Positions 11,699 through 25,807 are shown, counted from the first letter of the stretch. The stretch: 64,000 bases of DNA from Felis catus (GCF_018350175.1 NC_058382.1:49850001-49914000); one strand, 5' to 3'. The notes: generated by a model from the sequence alone, not told the origin. Made by a program: numbers and translations.

Positions 11699-11760
11699 CT
11701 GACATCTGCTGACTCCGACGCTGTCTCCCGAGTCCCGGACCCTACGCTCATTCCCGGAAC
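11699..11760 (-). other. CHST6: Candidate CHST6 upstream exon (62 nt) containing an in-frame ATG
   Basis: Acceptor ctgctctccttag|G at 11761/11760; donor CAG|GTGCGT at 11699/11698. ATG at 11751 is in frame with the main ATG after splicing. Confidence 0.6.
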
Positions 11761-12461
11761 CTAAGGAGAGCAGCCGCCTTCCTGCTCTGCACGTGTTATC
11801 TCCTCTCCTCAAAGATGTGCTTCTCCACGAGAACAGGGCACAGGAGAGGAAGGGAACTCAACTTGCATTTGCTGACATACGAGTGCTACATGCTGTTTTG
11901 ACTCAATGGCCCCTTTGGTAGACATTGTGATCTCAACTTCTTAGGTGAAGGACCCAAGGCTTGGAGAGATAGTAGGGGAAGGGGGACCCCGACCCAGGAC
12001 TTCCATCTCTAAGCTCCTGGCATTTTCTGATCCCAAGCAGCTGGCCTCTCCCATATCCTGGGGGATCCCTGCAGAGCAAAGGACCCTGAGGTCTGGCCCA
12101 AACACAGCTGCCCTGGCCAGCCCAGCCCTTTTCTGGCTAGGGAGGGTCTCAACCACAGGCTGATGTACTCCAAGGAAACCAGACATTTTCTTAAGTGACT
12201 CACACAATACCGGAGCTGATATCTGATCTTATTACTGGAACTCAAGAACTAGGAAGGGGACTGACACACCCTACCCCGTGCGGGAGCCTGGGGAAGACCA
12301 GGTCCTGTGGGAGATTTCCTGATAAGGAGCCTTGTGTATAGCACACCCAGTCACCTCAGGGTTCAAAGTTAAGAACGGGTCCGAAAGGTACCAGGACAAG
12401 GACTTAACTTTCATGAGTGAATTGCATCCTCCCAACACTCCTGCAAGGTAGAAATTACCTC

Positions 12462-12550
12462 TTTTTTTTTTTTTAATGTTTTAATTTCTTTTTGAGAGAT
12501 TGAGAGTGTGTGAGCAGGGGAGGGGCAGAGAGGGAGAGGGAGACAGAATC
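12462..12550 (-). mobile_element. 5'-truncated Can-SINE
   Basis: polyT tail plus gagag..ggggaggggcagagagggagagggagacagaatc; head missing. Confidence 0.75.
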
Positions 12551-12849
12551 GCCACCTATGCCATGTATTTCATCGTGTCATTCCCCTGTGCAGCAACCTT
12601 CAGCTTTCCAGACTCACTTCCCATATTTCTGACCCAGCATCCTATAGGTCAGGTGACCTGGAAGCAACACTCCATGTTCCTCTCTTCTCTGCTGCGAGTG
12701 CCCATCCCCGCTTCCTCTGAAGACACCTCACCTGTGCCTCTCTCAAGCCAGGTACCACTCTGCCCTGAGTGACACTTTGCCCCCGCCTCCTTGCCACTGT
12801 GATTTTTCACGACTGTCTGTTCCCAGGCATCAGTGTGGACGAGTGCACT

Positions 12850-13310
12850 AGACAGAGTTTCTTTGGGTCCACTCAGTACTTGTTCCTCCTTGTTCTGCTA
12901 ACAGCCTCTAGATTTTTCTGTGGGGAGCCACCCCTCACTCACACAAAGTGCACGTGCTTTGCGTGGAGCCGACCGCCCACTTCCCAGTTCGTAGGGAGTC
13001 ATGTGTACCAAGCCTGGTTCATCTGTATATTCTGCACGTCATCCCCCGACCAAGCGACAGGCTCAGGAATGGACATTTGCCCCAAGTCCAATCCCAGGAG
13101 TTTTGTAGCTCTGCAGGGGAGAGGGACACTGCCTGGGTATAAAGCCAACACAGAAGAGAAGTGAGCAGAGAAAAAAAAGTCTGAGCCGTGAGCACCTGGA
13201 TCCAGCTGGGCGAGATTCACCAGTGGACTTCTCAGTGGGGGAAAATACCCCCTTTTTTAGCCAAGCCAATGCGAGTTCGATTTCTGCCATTTACAATCAA
13301 GCATTTTAAC
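12850..13310 (+). mobile_element. Old ERVL-type solo LTR (LTR16/LTR33-like)
   Basis: Motifs cacctggatccagct...ggacttctcagt...ccccttttttagccaagcca...ttctgccatttacaatcaa resemble ERVL LTR 3' ends; memory-based. Confidence 0.4.
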
Positions 13311-13479
13311 TGGAAAGTAGGTCCTGTTGGTGGGGTGGGGTGGGGTGCAGTGTGGGCCGAACCCTCAGGAAGCCTGGACAGAGCTTTTGGAGGCCCGTCA
13401 TGCCATGTTTCTTGATGAGGTGCTAAGTACCTGAGCATGTTTGATTTGTGGAAAGTCATTAAGCTGTATTTAAAAACAA

Positions 13480-13962
13480 TTTTTTTAATGCTTACTAATT
13501 TTTGAGAGACAGAAAGAGTGTGAGCAGAGGAGGGGCAGAGAGAGAGGGAGACACAGAATCCGAAGCAGGCTCCAGGCTCTGAGCTGTCAGCACAGAGCCC
13601 GATGCGGGGCTCGAATCACAGACCATAAGATCATGACCTGAGCTGAAGCCGGATGCTTAACCAACTGAGCCTCCCAGGCACCCCATCAAGCTGTATTTTT
13701 ATGTTCTTTTCTGTATGTATGTTATATTTCATTAAAAAGTTCAGAATCCCGACTGAACAAGGCAGTAAGTGTCATGTCAGGGAATGTCCCAAAGACTAAA
13801 GAGTAGATGATATTAATAAAGATTTGCCTAACTTAAGTCAGACACTCTATGATCCAAATCCAAAGGGAGAAACTCTCCCACATGTCCCGTATTTCTTCCT
13901 GCTGAGCATTTATTTTTAAGTTTAATTATTTATTTTGAGAGTGAGAGCACAAGCAGAAGAGG

Positions 13963-14025
<63 letters not shown>

Positions 14026-14205
14026 CCAAGCAGGCTCTGCAGTGTCCTCCTGAGCATTTTAAAGTGGCAGTATCTTCAGAGGTGCCTGGGTGGCTCAGTC
14101 GAGTAAGTGTCCGATTTCGGCTCAGGTCATGATCTCACGGTCTGTGAGTTTGAGCTCCGCGTCGGGCTCTGTGCTGACAGCTCAGAGCCTGGAGCCTGCT
14201 TCAGA

Positions 14206-14245
<40 letters not shown>

Positions 14246-14310
14246 TTCCCCCGCTCATGCTCTGTCTCTCTCTCTCTCTCTCTCTCAAAAATAAATAAAC
14301 ATTACAAAAA
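13480..14310. mobile_element. Three Can-SINEs: 13480-13684 (-), ~13910-14045 (-, truncated, (GA)~29), 14079-14310 (+, with (TG)n)
   Basis: SINE bodies with TSDs aagctgtattt, tcct-ctgagcattt and aagtg-cagtatcttc. Confidence 0.88.
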
Positions 14311-15079
14311 CATTTTTTTAAGTGACAGTATCTTCTAAATATCCCTGACTGTTTCTTGGCCTGGGAGACACAGGAAGGAGCTATTGTTCTACCTGACTTG
14401 CCAAGGGGAAACCTGAGGGCAGGACGGTGTGCCACAGGAGGGGGGTGACCTGGAGCCCAGGAATCCAGCTCTCTGGGAAACCCTCACCTGCACCCCAGCT
14501 CTGCGTGCCCTTGACTCTGCAGCATGTCCTGTCATCAGCCCTTCCCAGCCCTGGCAACGCATCTAAGGGAGTGAAATGTAATACTAAGTACAAATCCAGG
14601 GCTCAGCTTTCTCTCAGTTTGGCATCAGCTGGAGGCCATCCCTGTTCAGGAATCCCAAAGGCTACAGAAAACAGATCCCAGATGAGGGATCAGCGGACTC
14701 TTGGCATCAAGGGCCACCCCTGGGGGGCAAGCCAGCTCTAATGGAGCCCGGGGCATCTGTTACAAAGAAGGCTGAAAAGGAGGGAAAAAGAGGGAAAAAA
14801 AAGGGGGGGGGGAAGCAAGGGAGAAAAGGAGAGAGAGGAGGAAGATGAATGTTTACAGTGGGCTGGAAACACGGAGCACCAGTAAATACCATCCATTGAG
14901 GGCTTCCTATGTGCCAAGAGTTTTGCGCCCATCTTCTGATTTAATCCTTACAACAAACCTATGCAGTGGACCTGATACCCCTCCCTGTTTTACAGATCAG
15001 GGAAGTGAAGTTTAGAAAGATTAAGAAATTTGCCTAAAGGACCCACACAGCAGTGGAGTCAGAATTTGCCCCGGATGGG

Positions 15080-16925
15080 AGAAAATACTCGCAAATCATA
15101 TATATGGGAGCCAGAATATATAAAGAGCTCTTACAACTCAATAACAGAAGACACAGAAGCCAACATAAAAATGGGCAAAAGATTTGAGTAGACATTTTTC
15201 CAAAGATATACAAATTACCTACAAGTGCATGAAAAGATGCTTGACATTTTTAGTCGCTTGGGAAATGGCAATCAGAACTACAATGAGATATCACTCCCCA
15301 TCCACTAGGATGGCTAGAACCAAAAAGGTAGATCAGCAGCATTAGTGAGAAGGTGGGGAAGCCGTGGACACCGCTGGGGGGTGCAAAGTGGTACAGGTGT
15401 TGCAGGAAACAGGCAGTTCCTCGAGAGGTTAAACACAGGGTTACCACATGGTGCAGGGACACCACTCTAAAATACATATATATCCAGGGGTGCCTGGGTG
15501 GCTCAGGTGGTTGAGCATCTGAGTCTTTTTTTTTTAATTTTTTTTTCAACGTTTATTTATTTTTGGGACAGAGAGACAGAGCACGAACGGGGGAGGGGCA
15601 GAGAGAGAGGGAGACACAGAATCGGAAACAGACTCCAGGCTCCGAGCCATCAGCCCAGAGCCTGACGCGGGGCTCGAACTCACAGACCGCGAGATCGTGA
15701 CCTGGTTGAAGTCGGATGCTTAACTGACTGCGCCACCCAGGCGCCCCGAGCATCTGAGTCTTTATTTCGACTCAGGTCACGATCTCATGGTTTGTGGGAT
15801 CGAGCCCTGCATCAGTGAGGAGCCTGCTTGGGATTCTCAATCTCTCTCTCTCTCTCTGTCCTTCCCCTGCCTGCAATGTCTCTCCAAAAATAAATAAATA
15901 AACATTTAAATAAAATAAAATACGTATCCAAGAAGACTGAAAACACATGTCCACACAAAAATGTGCTCATCACCTTTCACAGCAGCATTATTCATAATGG
16001 CCCCAAATTGGAAACATCCCAAATACCTATCAACTGATAAACAGATCAACAGAATGTGTGGTACATCCATACACAGCTTCCCCTTGGTGAATGTGGAAGT
16101 TGGGGCATCAACCTCTACACAGTTGAAAATCCACGTGCAACTTTTTAAAAGTAGTATCACACCCAGCATGGACCCCAACGTGGGGCTTGAACTCACAAGC
16201 CCGAGATCAAGACCGGAGCTGACATCAAGAGCCGGATGCTTAACCGACTGAGCCACCCAGGCGCCCCCCCCCCACCATGTGTAACTTCTGGCTCCAGGAA
16301 AACTTAGCTACAAACAACCTACTGCTGACTGGAAGCCTTAACACGAACAGTCACCTATTTTCATATTATATGTATTAAAGTAAGCTAGAGAAAAGAAAAT
16401 GCTACTGAGAAAATCTTAAGGAAGAGAAATACATTTATACTACCACAGTGTGTTTACTGAAAAAAATCTGCATGTAAGTGGACTCACACAGTTTAAACCC
16501 ACGTTCAAGAGTCAACTGTAATTGAGTGTTATCTGGCAATAAAAAGGAATAAAGTTTTTTTTTTTTAACGTTTATTTATTTTTGAGAGAGAGACACACAC
16601 AGAGTGTGAGTGGGGGAGGAGCAGGGAGAGAGGGAGGCACAGAATCCCAAGCAGGATCCAGGCTCTGAACAGCCAGCACGGAGCCAGACGTGGGGGCTGA
16701 AACCTACGAACCATGAGATCATGACCTGAGCCGAACTGGGACCCTTAACCGATTGAGCCACCGGGCATCCCAGGAATGAAATATTGATACATGCTACAAC
16801 ATGGATAAACCCCGAGGTGATTAACACACAACATGTGTATACTGTTGCATCAGTGAATTGTGCACCGTAAAAGGGTGAACTTTAGGGTACGTGAATTGTA
16901 TCTCAATAGAGCTTTTATTAAAAAA
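15080..16925 (+). mobile_element. Old L1 3' region hosting nested elements: SINE 15487-15920 (+) split by young SINE 15526-15747 (-); Tigger2a-like 16074-16518 containing SINE ~16150-16267 (-); SINE 16555-16770 (-)
   Basis: L1 ORF2/3'UTR motifs resume after each insertion. TSD gagcatctgagtcttt at 15513-15528 and 15748-15763. Tigger2-like internal sequence aaagtaagctagagaaaagaaaatg and terminus gttcaagagtcaactg+TA. Confidence 0.75.
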
Positions 16926-18256
16926 ATACACAAATATGCATAGAAAGAAAGTTGGAACAATGTGTGCTGAATAGTAGTTACCCTTCTATGGCCAGATAAC
17001 AAGTAATTTTTTTCTTGTTAGTGCTTTTGCTGCGTTTTCCAGGTGGTCTACGACAGACTTGTATTACTTTGGTAATCGTAAACTCATAAACTTGGTTAAA
17101 GGAGGCATGGGCACGGGTGGAGCTTGCCTGCTCCAGCTTTCGCTGCAGGACGGGGAGTGCGGCAGATCAGTCCCCTGACTGACCCGAGTACCAGCTGGCC
17201 AGAGTAGGACAGGGGCAAGGACGGAGAACTACCTCCCAGAGGCTGCAAGGAGTGAAGATCCCTAAGCCCACCCTCAGCCTCAGGGCTGTGGACTGGGTCA
17301 GGCTGTGGCAGGAGACATTCCTGGCCCCAAGCCCTGGCCACATCTGCTCTCTGCCAGCCCTAATGAGCAGCTTCGTGGCATCAGCCAGAGGCAAGGAAGC
17401 TGGAGTCACACAGCCCAGATGCTGCTGGAGGAAACAGGTTTGCCGGCAGGAATCTATTGGGAAATGAAATCAGATTGTCTGGGAAAGGAGCCTCAAGTCC
17501 CCCTGGCTCAGAGCCACCCCGGGGGGCATTTCAGAGCAGATGAGCAGGTAACACACAACACCTTTCTCTGGCTCTGAACTTTGGGGATCCTCAAAATGCA
17601 TTTTGCGCTGGACCTAATCATAGAACCTTACAGCTGGGGAGACCTGAAGTCTGGGGACTCCCACCTCTTTTCTGAAATAACTCATGCAGGGGAGGGGGGC
17701 TAGGGAATGCACCTTGAGAACATTCTCCTGTGTTCCCCCAGGTGTTGACAGAGCCCTCTTATTACAGGGATAATCTGGAAAGTTCTCTGGCTTATTTTTT
17801 TAACATTTTATTTTGATTGATTTGTTATTTTTGAAAAGCAAATCATTCTTAGAATTCAATCACATAAGAAAAAAAAAAAGGAAAGGGCTGTTTTAGAAGA
17901 AAACTACTCAAAACATGGAATAGCCAAATGCAGTGTGTAGATGTTGTTTGGACTCTGATTCAAACAAGCCAAGTGCAAGAAGATATCTTTGAGGCAATGA
18001 GAGAAATTTCACCTTGCCTGAGTCTTAGGCGATACTGAGAAATCACCGTTAATGCTACGATCACTGTGCACAATACTCTTGTTCACGCATTTCTGTACCT
18101 ATGTCCCCTTACTAGACCAGAAGCAGGATTCTGTCTCATGACCGGGAGCAGTGCTGGCACAGTGGCTGATGAACTCCATTTGATCATTTACTGGGTGACC
18201 TTGGACAAGATACTTAATCTCTCTGTGCCTATTGTTGTTGTCGAATCTGTAAGACA

Positions 18257-19050
18257 GGGGAAATTCACCTGGCTGGTTCAGTGGGTAGAGCATGCGACTT
18301 GGTCTCAGGGTCATGAGTTCAAGCCCCATGTTGGGCCTAGAGCTTACTTTAAAACGTTTTTGTTTATTTTGTTTTAGAGAGAGAGAGAGAGAGAGCAAGC
18401 AAGAGAGCATGCATGAGCGGGGGAGAGTGACAGAGGCGGAGAGAGAGAAGATGCGAATCTTAAGCAGGCTCCATGCTGGGCTCTAGCCCATAGCCCTGGG
18501 ATCATGACCTGAGCCAAAATCAAGAATCTGATGCTCAACCGGCTGAACCATCCAGACACCCCTAGAGCTCACTTAAAAAAAGAAAAAAAATGGGAGTGCC
18601 GGGTGGCTCAGTCAGTTAAGTATCCAACTTTGGCTCAGGTCATGATCTCACAGTTCTTGAGTTTGAGCCCTACATCTGGGCTCTGTGCTGACAGCTCAGA
18701 GCCTGGAGCCTGCTTGAGATTCTGTGTCTCCCTCTTTCTGTGCCCCTCCCCAGCTCGTGCTCTATCTCTCTGTCTCTCTTTCTCTCTCAAAAATAAGCAT
18801 TAAAAAAGCAAAACTCAGGGAGCTTGGGTGGCTCAGTAGCTTAAGCATCCAACTTCGGCTCAGGTCATGATCTCATGAGTTTGTGAGTTCAAGCGCAGCA
18901 ATGGGGGTCTGTGGGGACAGCTCGGAGCCTGGAGCCTGCTTCAGATTCTGTGTCTCCCTCTCTCTCTGCCCCTCCCCCACTTGCATATTTTCTCTCTCTC
19001 TCTCTCTCTCAAGAATAAACATTAACAATTTTTTAAATAAAATAAAAATA
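18257..19050. mobile_element. Cluster of four Can-SINEs (18257-18350 +, 18352-18561 -, 18592-18806 +, 18818-19050 +) within a MIR-like element
   Basis: Four heads/bodies; TSD ctagagct-actt around the minus copy; MIR-like flanks at ~18190-18240 and ~19060-19165. Confidence 0.85.
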
Positions 19051-19899
19051 AATGGGGGAAATAATATAACCCAAGTCAGGGCTCGATGTGAAAAGTGAAT
19101 GAGTTAATATTTATAAAGAACTTAGAACAAGGTCTGTCACACAGTACACTAGTATTTGCTCAGAAATCTTCCAAATCCTGGGTGACAACTATATTATATG
19201 AATCCGAGCGAAAGCCTTTTCATAAGGAAAACTCAAGGACAACAGCCTGATCTGGTTCAGGTGACCCTGGGAACAGAATGTGGCAAGCCCAGGCAGGGTC
19301 AGAACATGTACTGCAAAACAACGGTGAATAGTGGCTACAAGACTGGCTTCTGAAAGCCGGACTGGGTTCAAATTCTGCCTCTGCACCAGTGAGGTGTGTG
19401 ACTTGGGGCAGGGCACTCCTAACGACTGGGCGCTTCCTCCTCTGGCTCCTTTGCAAAGGACGCCGCGACAGCCCCTACCACACGCGATGGAGAGGAGTCA
19501 ATGGAACCGTAGAGCTGAAGCAGCCACACACTATTCTCATTACCTCTGGTACTTGGCAACTCACTCAGGGCCTCAGGGAAGCCAAGTCCTTTCTGCTCTC
19601 TAGGCCTCAGTCTTCCCATCCTCATGCCTCCGGCGCAAGAGGGTACAGAAAAGAGAGTTAACATTGGCTGGGCACCTCCGCTGAGGCCAAGATCCAGCAG
19701 CCCCAACAGAGGCCGCCAGGCTCCAAGGTCAGCTGCATATGGTTCTCAATTCACTCACCAAGCTGCTTTTTCTCAAAAGAGTTCCGTGGAAAAACCTTTC
19801 TGGATTAAAGCCCTTGGCAACTCCCGTTTTAAGAGATTAGGGATCCCCAGTAGCGATCTCCGGTGCAGCTGAAGCCCCGGGAAGACACCGTGAAACCAG

Positions 19900-21060
19900 C
19901 GCCTGGGGCTGCAATGCCCTCTCCACCTTCGGTTAGAACCACCACCCTCAGCTCTTCTCCCCAGACCCGACTCCTCGGCTGCAAGATCAATGCCCCGGTT
20001 TGGGGGCATCCTGCGCGGAGACAGGCCGAACCAACGTACCCCGAAGCTGGCGTCCCTGCCCGAGCTGGCGTGGCGGGAGGCGGACACCTCTCTCCTGAGG
20101 CTCGGCAGGGGCTCCTTGACCTCGCCTCTTCCCAGTTCCAGTCCACGGCCGGCTGTGTCTTCACCGGGAGACTCCTCGGGAGCTGATGTGCCCCGCAGGC
20201 TCCCAAGGCTCTTAAGGGGCACGCAGTGACCCCGGGGAGAAGGCTCCGAGAGGCATGGGCGCGGGGGCAGCAGATGCCTCGATATTGGAGGCACCTGGCG
20301 AGCTCAGGCGGGGGGAAGCTGGAAACGGGGCAGGCGTGTCCTGGAAACGGAGAGGCGTCGTAAGAACGGGGGGTGTGCGTGCGGGGCAGTCGTGGGGCAA
20401 CGACAAGACGCGGACTGGGGCGCCCCTGCCCGGAGCCCCCCACCCGTGCCGGGCGCCGCGCCCCCCGCGCCCTGCGCCCCGCGCCGCCAGTGCAGCCGCC
20501 CGCTGCCCGAGAAGAGCGCGCACAATGAGGCGCTTTCAGACGTGGCTGCGGTCCCGGAGCCGGCGGGCGGGAGCCGGGGCGGGAGGGACGGAAGGAAGGA
20601 AGGAGCCGGTTGGCCCCCGGCTCCCACTACCCTCCCCACCTCGGGGGAGGGGCGGCTGCCCGGGGGCGGGGGCGGGCGCGGGAGGGCGGGGTGAGGGCGG
20701 GCGCAGGTGGGCCCCGGGGCAGCGGGAGGATGTCAAAGGGCGCTGGCGCTCACCCCCTCACCCGACTAGCTGACCGAAAGAGTTGTCTCCCGCTCCGGTC
20801 GCGGAGAGCGAAGCCTCCAGGGAGCACAAAAGGCCCTGGCGAGGGAAATCAAATCGTAATCTTGCGCCCCCCCCCCCCCGCCCCTCGCTCTCTGTGGCAT
20901 CCTCGAAGCGCAGTGACTTGGAATCCAAGCCGCTTTCCCAAGCCCCCAGCCTCAGACCTAAGTAAGCCAAGTCCAAGGCATCCTGATGCCGAGCGGACAG
21001 CGCAGCCTCCCCAGCCAGTAGCCCAGCTGGGAGGGGCCGAGACGCCAGGTGGCCCTCAGG
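19900..21060 (-). promoter_or_regulatory. CHST6: CpG island, probable CHST6 promoter and non-coding exon 1
   Basis: Very CpG-rich, clustered GC boxes at ~20660-20702, ~10 kb upstream of the CHST6 coding exon on the same strand. Exact exon 1 limits not determined. Confidence 0.7.
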
Positions 21061-22219
21061 ACCTAAGCCCAGAGCTGGCTGCCCCCTCCTCCCGTCCCTT
21101 CCCTGTTCTAGTCTCATCCCAGAGGCACAGGCTTGGTAGCAAGTCCGGGTAAATACAAGATAAATTTCAAAAAGTAAAACATTCCGTCCCCCTTCCCCGC
21201 CCAGATAACAACAGAGTCCAGGCATCTGAAAAAAAATTCTGACCTCCTACAATCCGTGCTGGGATCTAAAAGAAGTCTCTGCTGCTGGGAGTATAAATTA
21301 GTGCATTCTTTCCAGGATGCGGTTTGGCAAGATGAATTTAAATCCTTAAGAACGGCCATAAGCTTTCTGAATTAGTAATTCCTTTCTAGCATCTAACTTA
21401 AGGAAATAAACTGGCAAGAAGGATTTATACACAAGGTTCAGAGAAGTGTTGTTTATGATAATGAAAAAATTAGAAAGACTACAAAAGATTAGAAAGATGT
21501 GTGCCAGAATGCCAATCGTGATAACGTCTACATTTACAGACAACTTATTTTCTTTAGGTTTCTGTAATTTTACATTTTCCCCAATAGGCATTTAGAACTT
21601 CTCTGGTCAGAAAGAAACAAGACGTCTTTTAAAAAGCACGAACATGAAGAGAAAGAAAAACAGAAGACAGAGAATTGCCTTATTAATCTTCCATGATGGG
21701 ACCTAAGCAGGGCCTTAGGGAGCCTCACCTGATTCAAACAGAAACTGGAAAATCATTTACCAAAATTAGAGATTCCCCCCCCCCCCCCCCGCCACACCCC
21801 ACATATTGAGTAATTGTCTCAAACCTTGACTTAGCTGTGAGTTACAGCTCAGTTGATAAAATCCTGTATATTTCTCACCTTTCCCCTCTTCCAACTACAC
21901 TGTGTCATTCCCCTTCGGAAGCTACCAACATCTGATCCGTAAATAATTTGATATTCACCAGACACAGTTGTAATTTTCCAGCCTGTGGGTTTCCACATGC
22001 CATGTGGATTCCACCAAAAACTCACATTTACTTGGGGCAGGACCAGGGGATGTTGCCAAAGAGCTAACAAAAGCTCCAAGGTCTTTGGGCAGAGCCCTGG
22101 CAACGGAAGGCTGCCGGTGAGTAACTCGGAGAAGTGTGCGCAACCTCTGCCCTCCCCATCCCCACCCCCTTTGCGAAGTCTTCTCATAACAGACACGTGC
22201 AGCCTTCCATTTTGAATAT

Positions 22220-22225
22220 TTTAAT
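22220..22225 (-). terminator. Candidate TMEM231 polyadenylation signal ATTAAA
   Basis: Minus strand reads ttttgtacctttctaATTAAAatattc, with an upstream UGUA and a downstream GU-rich stretch; implies a ~1.7 kb 3'UTR. Confidence 0.5.
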
Positions 22226-23938
22226 TAGAAAGGTACAAAACATCATGGTTCTTTATACAAGTTCTGCCTGAAAATAATTTAACAAAATGCAAAGCGGTGT
22301 TAATTCATGTCTTTAGCTATCTTCCCGTTTCTCCTTACCTTTTTGTGATTCAAACCAGAAACCATTTTTCATTTAAATCCCAAGAAAAAATGTGTAGGTA
22401 TATAAACAGCCCTAGATAGTAAAAGACAAGGCAGAGGGGCCAGTGTTAAGCTAGTTTTGTGCTTGAATACTTCAAAGCGGCTGTTTCCAAAACTCTTATC
22501 TTGGTCAGCCTGAAAGAAAAGGTGCTTTGGAAATGAGAACTGAATCTCCAAGGTAAACTGAGGCATACACGTGTAGAGGAGTGTGTGGGTGGGTGGGCCT
22601 GAAGCATGGTTCAGAGCAGGCGTGTCTCCAGTGCCAGTGACATCTTGGGATCATAAAGCAGATCCATCTGTCCTTTGAGGACAGCTCATTTCCTCAGGCC
22701 AGGAACGGCGAACTAGCCTTCCGTGTGCAACAGAGGCCCATTTCAGCAGTCCCATCCTGATGACACTCACTTAGGCAGGAGGTTGATCCTGTCGGACCGC
22801 TTGTCATTCTGCTAACAACCAGGCCGGATTAGGCTGTCCTGGGCGGGCAAGCATCCTCTTTACCCTCTCAGTGCACCTTGTTCGTTCTCCCCAAAGCTGC
22901 TCACTCTGACGGGCACCCTGTCCCTTCATCACGGGAAATACAAGTAGCTGGGTCTCCTGCTAGCCCTCCAAACAAACTCTGTGGTTGTTGGCAGTGGGAG
23001 CCAATACCAACAACAGGTCCTCTGTCACCCGCGTCCTTTCCAAGAAGTGGGGGAGGGCTGTCAAGGAGGAGGAGTGGCAAGTGTCCAGGCTGTTGGGTAA
23101 GGGCCAGAGAGAAAGAAACTGTTGTTACAATCCTTACTTCCCCCACTGTTGCGGAGGGGACTGTGAACGAAAGAGCACTCTGGCTTCAGCCTGCTGTTCC
23201 AGGGGCACAGACAGGGCAAAAGGCAGGGCACAAAGCCAGCCACAGCAGGGCAGGGATAAAGGGCTGCTCAGCCCAGCTGATGACAGACCACTGTCTGTTA
23301 GCCTGAGGGCAGGTGGATGGTCCCGGTGTCCTGGAGTCGCCCACCGGACACGTGTGCGTGCATGTGCTCTCCAGCGCTCCCTTTCTCTCGCTCCCATTCT
23401 CCCCCTCAAGGACCTCTCAGTTCTGGAAACCAAAGTTCTGAATGGGAAATTTAGATGCTCAGGAGTGGAAAGTGCTACTGATTTGCATATCTCTCACAAG
23501 AGAGGCCTGAAAAGAGTAAAAAGTGGTTTACAATAGTGGGAAGAAATGCATAGCATGTTTCTCAGTTCAAGAGAGGAAAAGTCTTTGCTTGACCAGAGAT
23601 GGGACTCTTTCCAAGAGTTCTGAACTGACTGCAGTTTTCTCCTGAAATTCAAGTCTAAGGCAAAAAAAAAAAAAAAAAAAAAAAAAAGCAAATTATAGCC
23701 TTCAGGAACCTCTGGATGTTTCCACAAACTAGTCCCTGAAGATTGTGGAGGTGCTTAGAAGACATGGAATTTGCGTAGAGAAAACTTACAACGGATTGTC
23801 CTTTGTCTCTGATAGGAAAAGGACACACACGGGCACGTGTCCATGAGGAGCTCTTTGCAAAAATTTCTTAAGATGGCCGTTCCCAGAAGACAAGGCTGAG
23901 GTAGCCAGGGTCCTGCTTAGTTCTCAGAAATGGTCTTC

Positions 23939-24119
23939 TTATGATAAGTGCTCCTTATACAGTTCTCCCTGGGGCATTATGGTGACAGGGATCGTGGTCA
24001 CCACCTGATTCTGAAACACAAATCTTTTGATTCTTTCAAACACCCAGAGGAAGATAAGCAGGATACTGACATACTGGATCCAGGCAAACTTTATCATTTC
24101 CCAGAATCCTGGTAGATAA
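23939..24119 (-). CDS. TMEM231: TMEM231 exon 7 (last coding exon; second TM helix)
   Basis: After the AC acceptor reads (S)[59 protein letters not shown]; 181 nt; TAA at 23941-23939. Confidence 0.95.
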
Positions 24120-24741
<622 letters not shown>

Positions 24742-25725
24742 TCACAAATTATTTGTTGAAACACTTGTCAAAATATTTATGTTACAAACTTGGAACCGTC
24801 TGTGTGTTCTTCCACTGTTGAATGGCTAAGCAAAGGAATATTATGCTACCACTAAAAATATAACCAATTAAAACTTTGTAGTAGCGCGGGGAAATATTTA
24901 CATTACGAAGTACAAAAAAAAAAGTTGGATCCTAAAATGTTTTATAAACTATGATAAGAGCTGTATAAAAAAAATCTGCATATGGACAAAGGCTGGGAGG
25001 AATAAAGAAAGAAAAGTTGTAGATGAGGGTTTTTGTTTTAACATTCCTCTGGATTGGGAATCATGCCACCAGTGTATTACAAAAATTCAGGAAGAAGTAC
25101 TGGCATTGCGGTCCTCACAACTTGATAAATGTGTGTGGGTAGTATCTACGATGTCCGGCTGCCACGTAATGCTTCAGATGCCTTTAGAGGAAACCTCAGA
25201 CGGCCAACCAGACCAGTGTGCTGAGTCAAGCACACACACTGGCCCGAGAGCCTTTCCTCTGTGAGGGATGGACACGCTCAGCGTTCCAGCCAGAACACTG
25301 GGCCCTCTGCTCTACTTCAGCTGGTTATTTGGGGGTAAGTCAGTCACATTCCCTACTTCTAGCTGAAAGCCAGGGTTAGCAATTTGTCTTTGGTTCCTTT
25401 TACAGGTGTGGTGGGGGAGCAACTCAATTAGGCGTTTACAGAAAAAAAAAGAAATCCATCAAGCTAGTGATCAATAAACATGGGACATAAATGAGCACTC
25501 ACCTGCTGGACGTTAAGAGTAGCGGTGGCAGGGGCGGGGGGCGGGGTCTTTAGATCAGGAGGAAAAGGACAGACCCTGGGTAGCCTGTTCCCCTCCCATC
25601 ACTGAGTAGTCACTGGCTTGGACATTTCTATCATGACAAGAGCTCCAGTTGTGGTTTTGTCCAATGTTCCCACTGACCTGGAAGGTCCTGGAGAAGCAGC
25701 TGAGTGCATTGTACCCATGACTCAC

Positions 25726-25807
25726 CATTCCTGTCCCGGTAAGCGGCAACAATGTGGGTGAGGTCATAGTCACGGGCAAAAGGGCTGGTCCCGTTGATTA
25801 CAGACAC
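25726..25807 (-). CDS. TMEM231: TMEM231 exon 5
   Basis: cccag|[27 protein letters not shown]+G|gtgagt; 82 nt. Confidence 0.95.
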
